Source of the DNA: a virus
Taxonomy: Duplodnaviria > Caudoviricetes
IMG/VR virus record: IMGVR_UViG_3300020045_006442
Span: 1-25,517 of that record
DNA length: 25,517 nucleotides
Strand: one strand, 5' to 3'
In this document: positions 23,763 to 25,517 of the stretch, in pieces
How the letters are laid out: each line of letters begins with the position of its first letter
How positions within the stretch are numbered: the first letter of the stretch is position 1
Program-made: the position numbers and the translations under genes
Notes under the pieces: model-generated
Databases searched by the model: none
What the model saw: the letters and a program-made list of their open reading frames with translations, nothing else
Told to the model about the DNA's origin: nothing

Positions 23763-23774
23763 GGAGGGTATGCT

Positions 23775-24680
23775 ATGACTATCACAACCGGCTCCCACCC
23801 AAAGAGCCTATGGCCCGGCGTCAAGGCGTTCTTCGGCAAGACCTACGCCGAAAAGCCCACGGTTTACTCCCAGGTTTTCGACGTGATGACATCGGACAAA
23901 GCCTATGAAGAAATCGTCGAGGAAACGGGCTTCGGCCTTGCCCCTCAGAAGCCGGAAGGCGCTTCGGTTTCGTTCGATACCGACAAGCAGGGCTATGTCA
24001 CCCGGTTTACCAACGTGGTTTATGGCTTGGGTGCCATCATCACGCGGGAAGCTATCGAGGACAACCAGTATGAAAGCGTAGCCCAGCGCAAGGCTTCCAA
24101 GCTGGCCCGGTCGATGCGGCAGACGAAAGAGAACGTTCACGCGAACATTCTCAATCGCGGGTTCACTGCGGCCTATGCTGGCGGCGATGGCAAGGAACTC
24201 ATTGCCACCGATCACCCCACTTTGTCGGGCAACCAGTCGAACGAGTTGGCGGTTGCCGCTGATCTTTCCGAGGCATCTCTGGAAGATTTGCTGACGATGA
24301 TCCGGGGCGCGAAAGACAGCCGTGGCCTGCGCATTCAGCTTGAAGGCAAGAAGCTGGTTATTCCGGCGGCTTTGGCCTTTGAAGCAACGCGCATTCTGTC
24401 CTCGACCAACCAGTCAGGCACCGCGAACAACGATATCAACGCGATGAAGGCCATGGGCCTTCTGCCCGGTGGTGTTGTCTCGTGGGATTACCTGACCGAC
24501 GACGATGCGTGGTTTATCCTGACCGACGCGCCGGAAGGCCTGCTGACCATGCAGCGCCGTGCTTTGGCACTGACGCAGGACAACGACTTCGACACCGAGA
24601 ACGCCCGTATGAAGGCGACCGAGCGGTATGTTGCGGGCTGGGGCGATTGGCGCGGTGTCTTTGGCTCGAGCGGCGCTTAA
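23775..24680 (+). CDS. Major capsid protein
   Basis: AAGGAGG RBS; GFGLAPQKPEG, ITREAIEDN, GDG..L...DHP, YLTDDDAWF, ERY..GWGDWRG..GS.GA. Confidence 0.9.
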   Translation: MTITTGSHPKSLWPGVKAFFGKTYAEKPTVYSQVFDVMTSDKAYEEIVEETGFGLAPQKPEGASVSFDTDKQGYVTRFTNVVYGLGAIITREAIEDNQYESVAQRKASKLARSMRQTKENVHANILNRGFTAAYAGGDGKELIATDHPTLSGNQSNELAVAADLSEASLEDLLTMIRGAKDSRGLRIQLEGKKLVIPAALAFEATRILSSTNQSGTANNDINAMKAMGLLPGGVVSWDYLTDDDAWFILTDAPEGLLTMQRRALALTQDNDFDTENARMKATERYVAGWGDWRGVFGSSGA

Positions 24681-24685
24681 TCCAT

Positions 24686-24713
24686 AGGGGCGGGCTGTCA
24701 TGGCCCGCTCTTT
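24686..24713 (+). terminator. Intrinsic terminator after the capsid gene
   Basis: GCGGGC-TGTCATG-GCCCGC-TCTTT. Confidence 0.6.
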
Positions 24714-24752
24714 CCTAACGGCTAAGGCCGACACGCCAAGATAGGATATCAC

Positions 24753-25145
24753 ATGGCACGGACTACATTCAAAAACGATATGCGGATCACGGGCAGCCTG
24801 ACGGTTGTGGGATCGATCAGTTCTACCGTCAATGCGATTGGTGCTGCTACGGCGACCGCAGGCGCTGCAACTCTGGCGGCGCGGCGCGGCAAGATCACCA
24901 CGGAAGCGCTGACCACGGCGCAAAACCTATTCTACACGCTGACCATCACCAACACCACATGTGCTGCGGCTGATATGGTCATGGCATCGCTTGCCAATGG
25001 CACGAACTCGGCTGGTACCCCGGTGATTACCAGCGTGACGCCCGGTGCAGGCTCGATTGTGATCGTGGTGCAGAATATGCACGCATCTGCCGTGGCGCTG
25101 AATGGCACGCTTGTGATCAGCTATGAAGTGCTGAAAGCGTCATAA
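24753..25145 (+). CDS. Thr/Ala-rich virion protein (head-associated)
   Basis: AGGA RBS; beta-rich; follows the capsid gene. Confidence 0.7.
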   Translation: MARTTFKNDMRITGSLTVVGSISSTVNAIGAATATAGAATLAARRGKITTEALTTAQNLFYTLTITNTTCAAADMVMASLANGTNSAGTPVITSVTPGAGSIVIVVQNMHASAVALNGTLVISYEVLKAS

Positions 25146-25147
25146 TT

Positions 25148-25172
25148 GACGGGGCTTCGGCCCTGTCCTTTT
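25148..25172 (+). terminator. Intrinsic terminator
   Basis: GACGGGGC-TTCG-GCCCTGTC-CTTTT. Confidence 0.75.
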
Positions 25173-25185
25173 CGGAGGGCGGCTT

Positions 25186-25437
25186 ATGACAAGCGTTTAT
25201 GTTGCTGGGCAGTGGAATGCCATCTGTGATAGATGCGGCGAAAAGCACAAATCCAGCAAAATCCGGCTTGAATGGACGGGCTTGCGGGTTTGTGCCGCGT
25301 GCTGGGAGCCGCGCAATCAGCAAGACTTTCTGCGGGGCGTGCCGGATCGGCAAGCGGCGGATTGGGTCCGGCCTGAGATTGTAAACCAGCCTTTTTTGAA
25401 TGATGGGGGCGTAGATGTTCAACCGGAAGATCTGTAA
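25186..25437 (+). CDS. Small Zn-ribbon protein of the head module
   Basis: GGAGG RBS; AICDRCG...EWTGLRVCAACWEP..QQ. Confidence 0.75.
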   Translation: MTSVYVAGQWNAICDRCGEKHKSSKIRLEWTGLRVCAACWEPRNQQDFLRGVPDRQAADWVRPEIVNQPFLNDGGVDVQPEDL

Positions 25438-25517
25438 ATGGCGGTAACTGACACTCAAACGGTGCGAGAAATCGTGGAAGCGGCGCTGATGGATATTGAG
25501 GCCATGACGATGGGCCA
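25438..25517 (+). CDS. Start of a probable head-tail adaptor protein (truncated by window)
   Basis: MAVTDTQTVREIVEAALMDIEAM...; position in head module. Confidence 0.5.
   Translation, partial: MAVTDTQTVREIVEAALMDIEAMTMG

Overview
Fragment of a tailed dsDNA phage or prophage, probably podovirus-like and infecting Alphaproteobacteria (host inferred from the GapR/DUF2312 homolog). Left to right: (1) a short leftward operon headed by an unannotated ribbon-helix-helix regulator; (2) a rightward recombination module (Rad52/Sak-like annealing protein, HNH-AP2 endonuclease, SSB, NinB-like, GapR, HNH-like); (3) a leftward operon with a Cro-like regulator, Zn-finger protein, SF2 helicase and N4/N6 DNA methyltransferase; (4) a rightward accessory operon with a PAPS-reductase-family protein and VRR-NUC; (5) replication genes (initiator with internal iterons, and a Twinkle/T7-like primase-helicase whose Zn-binding domain is a separate ORF); (6) a SpoU/TrmH RNA methyltransferase behind its own promoter and structured leader; (7) head genes (TerS, P22-like TerL split into two ORFs, portal, GroES-like, scaffold, major capsid). 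Most notable: a >=180 bp inverted repeat (1-180 vs 11121-11300, first 143 bp exact) bracketing the early region, two divergent control regions sharing a 23/24-nt leader motif with no CI or integrase in view, the SpoU cassette, and two split core enzymes. All calls come from reading motifs by eye; no database search was run.
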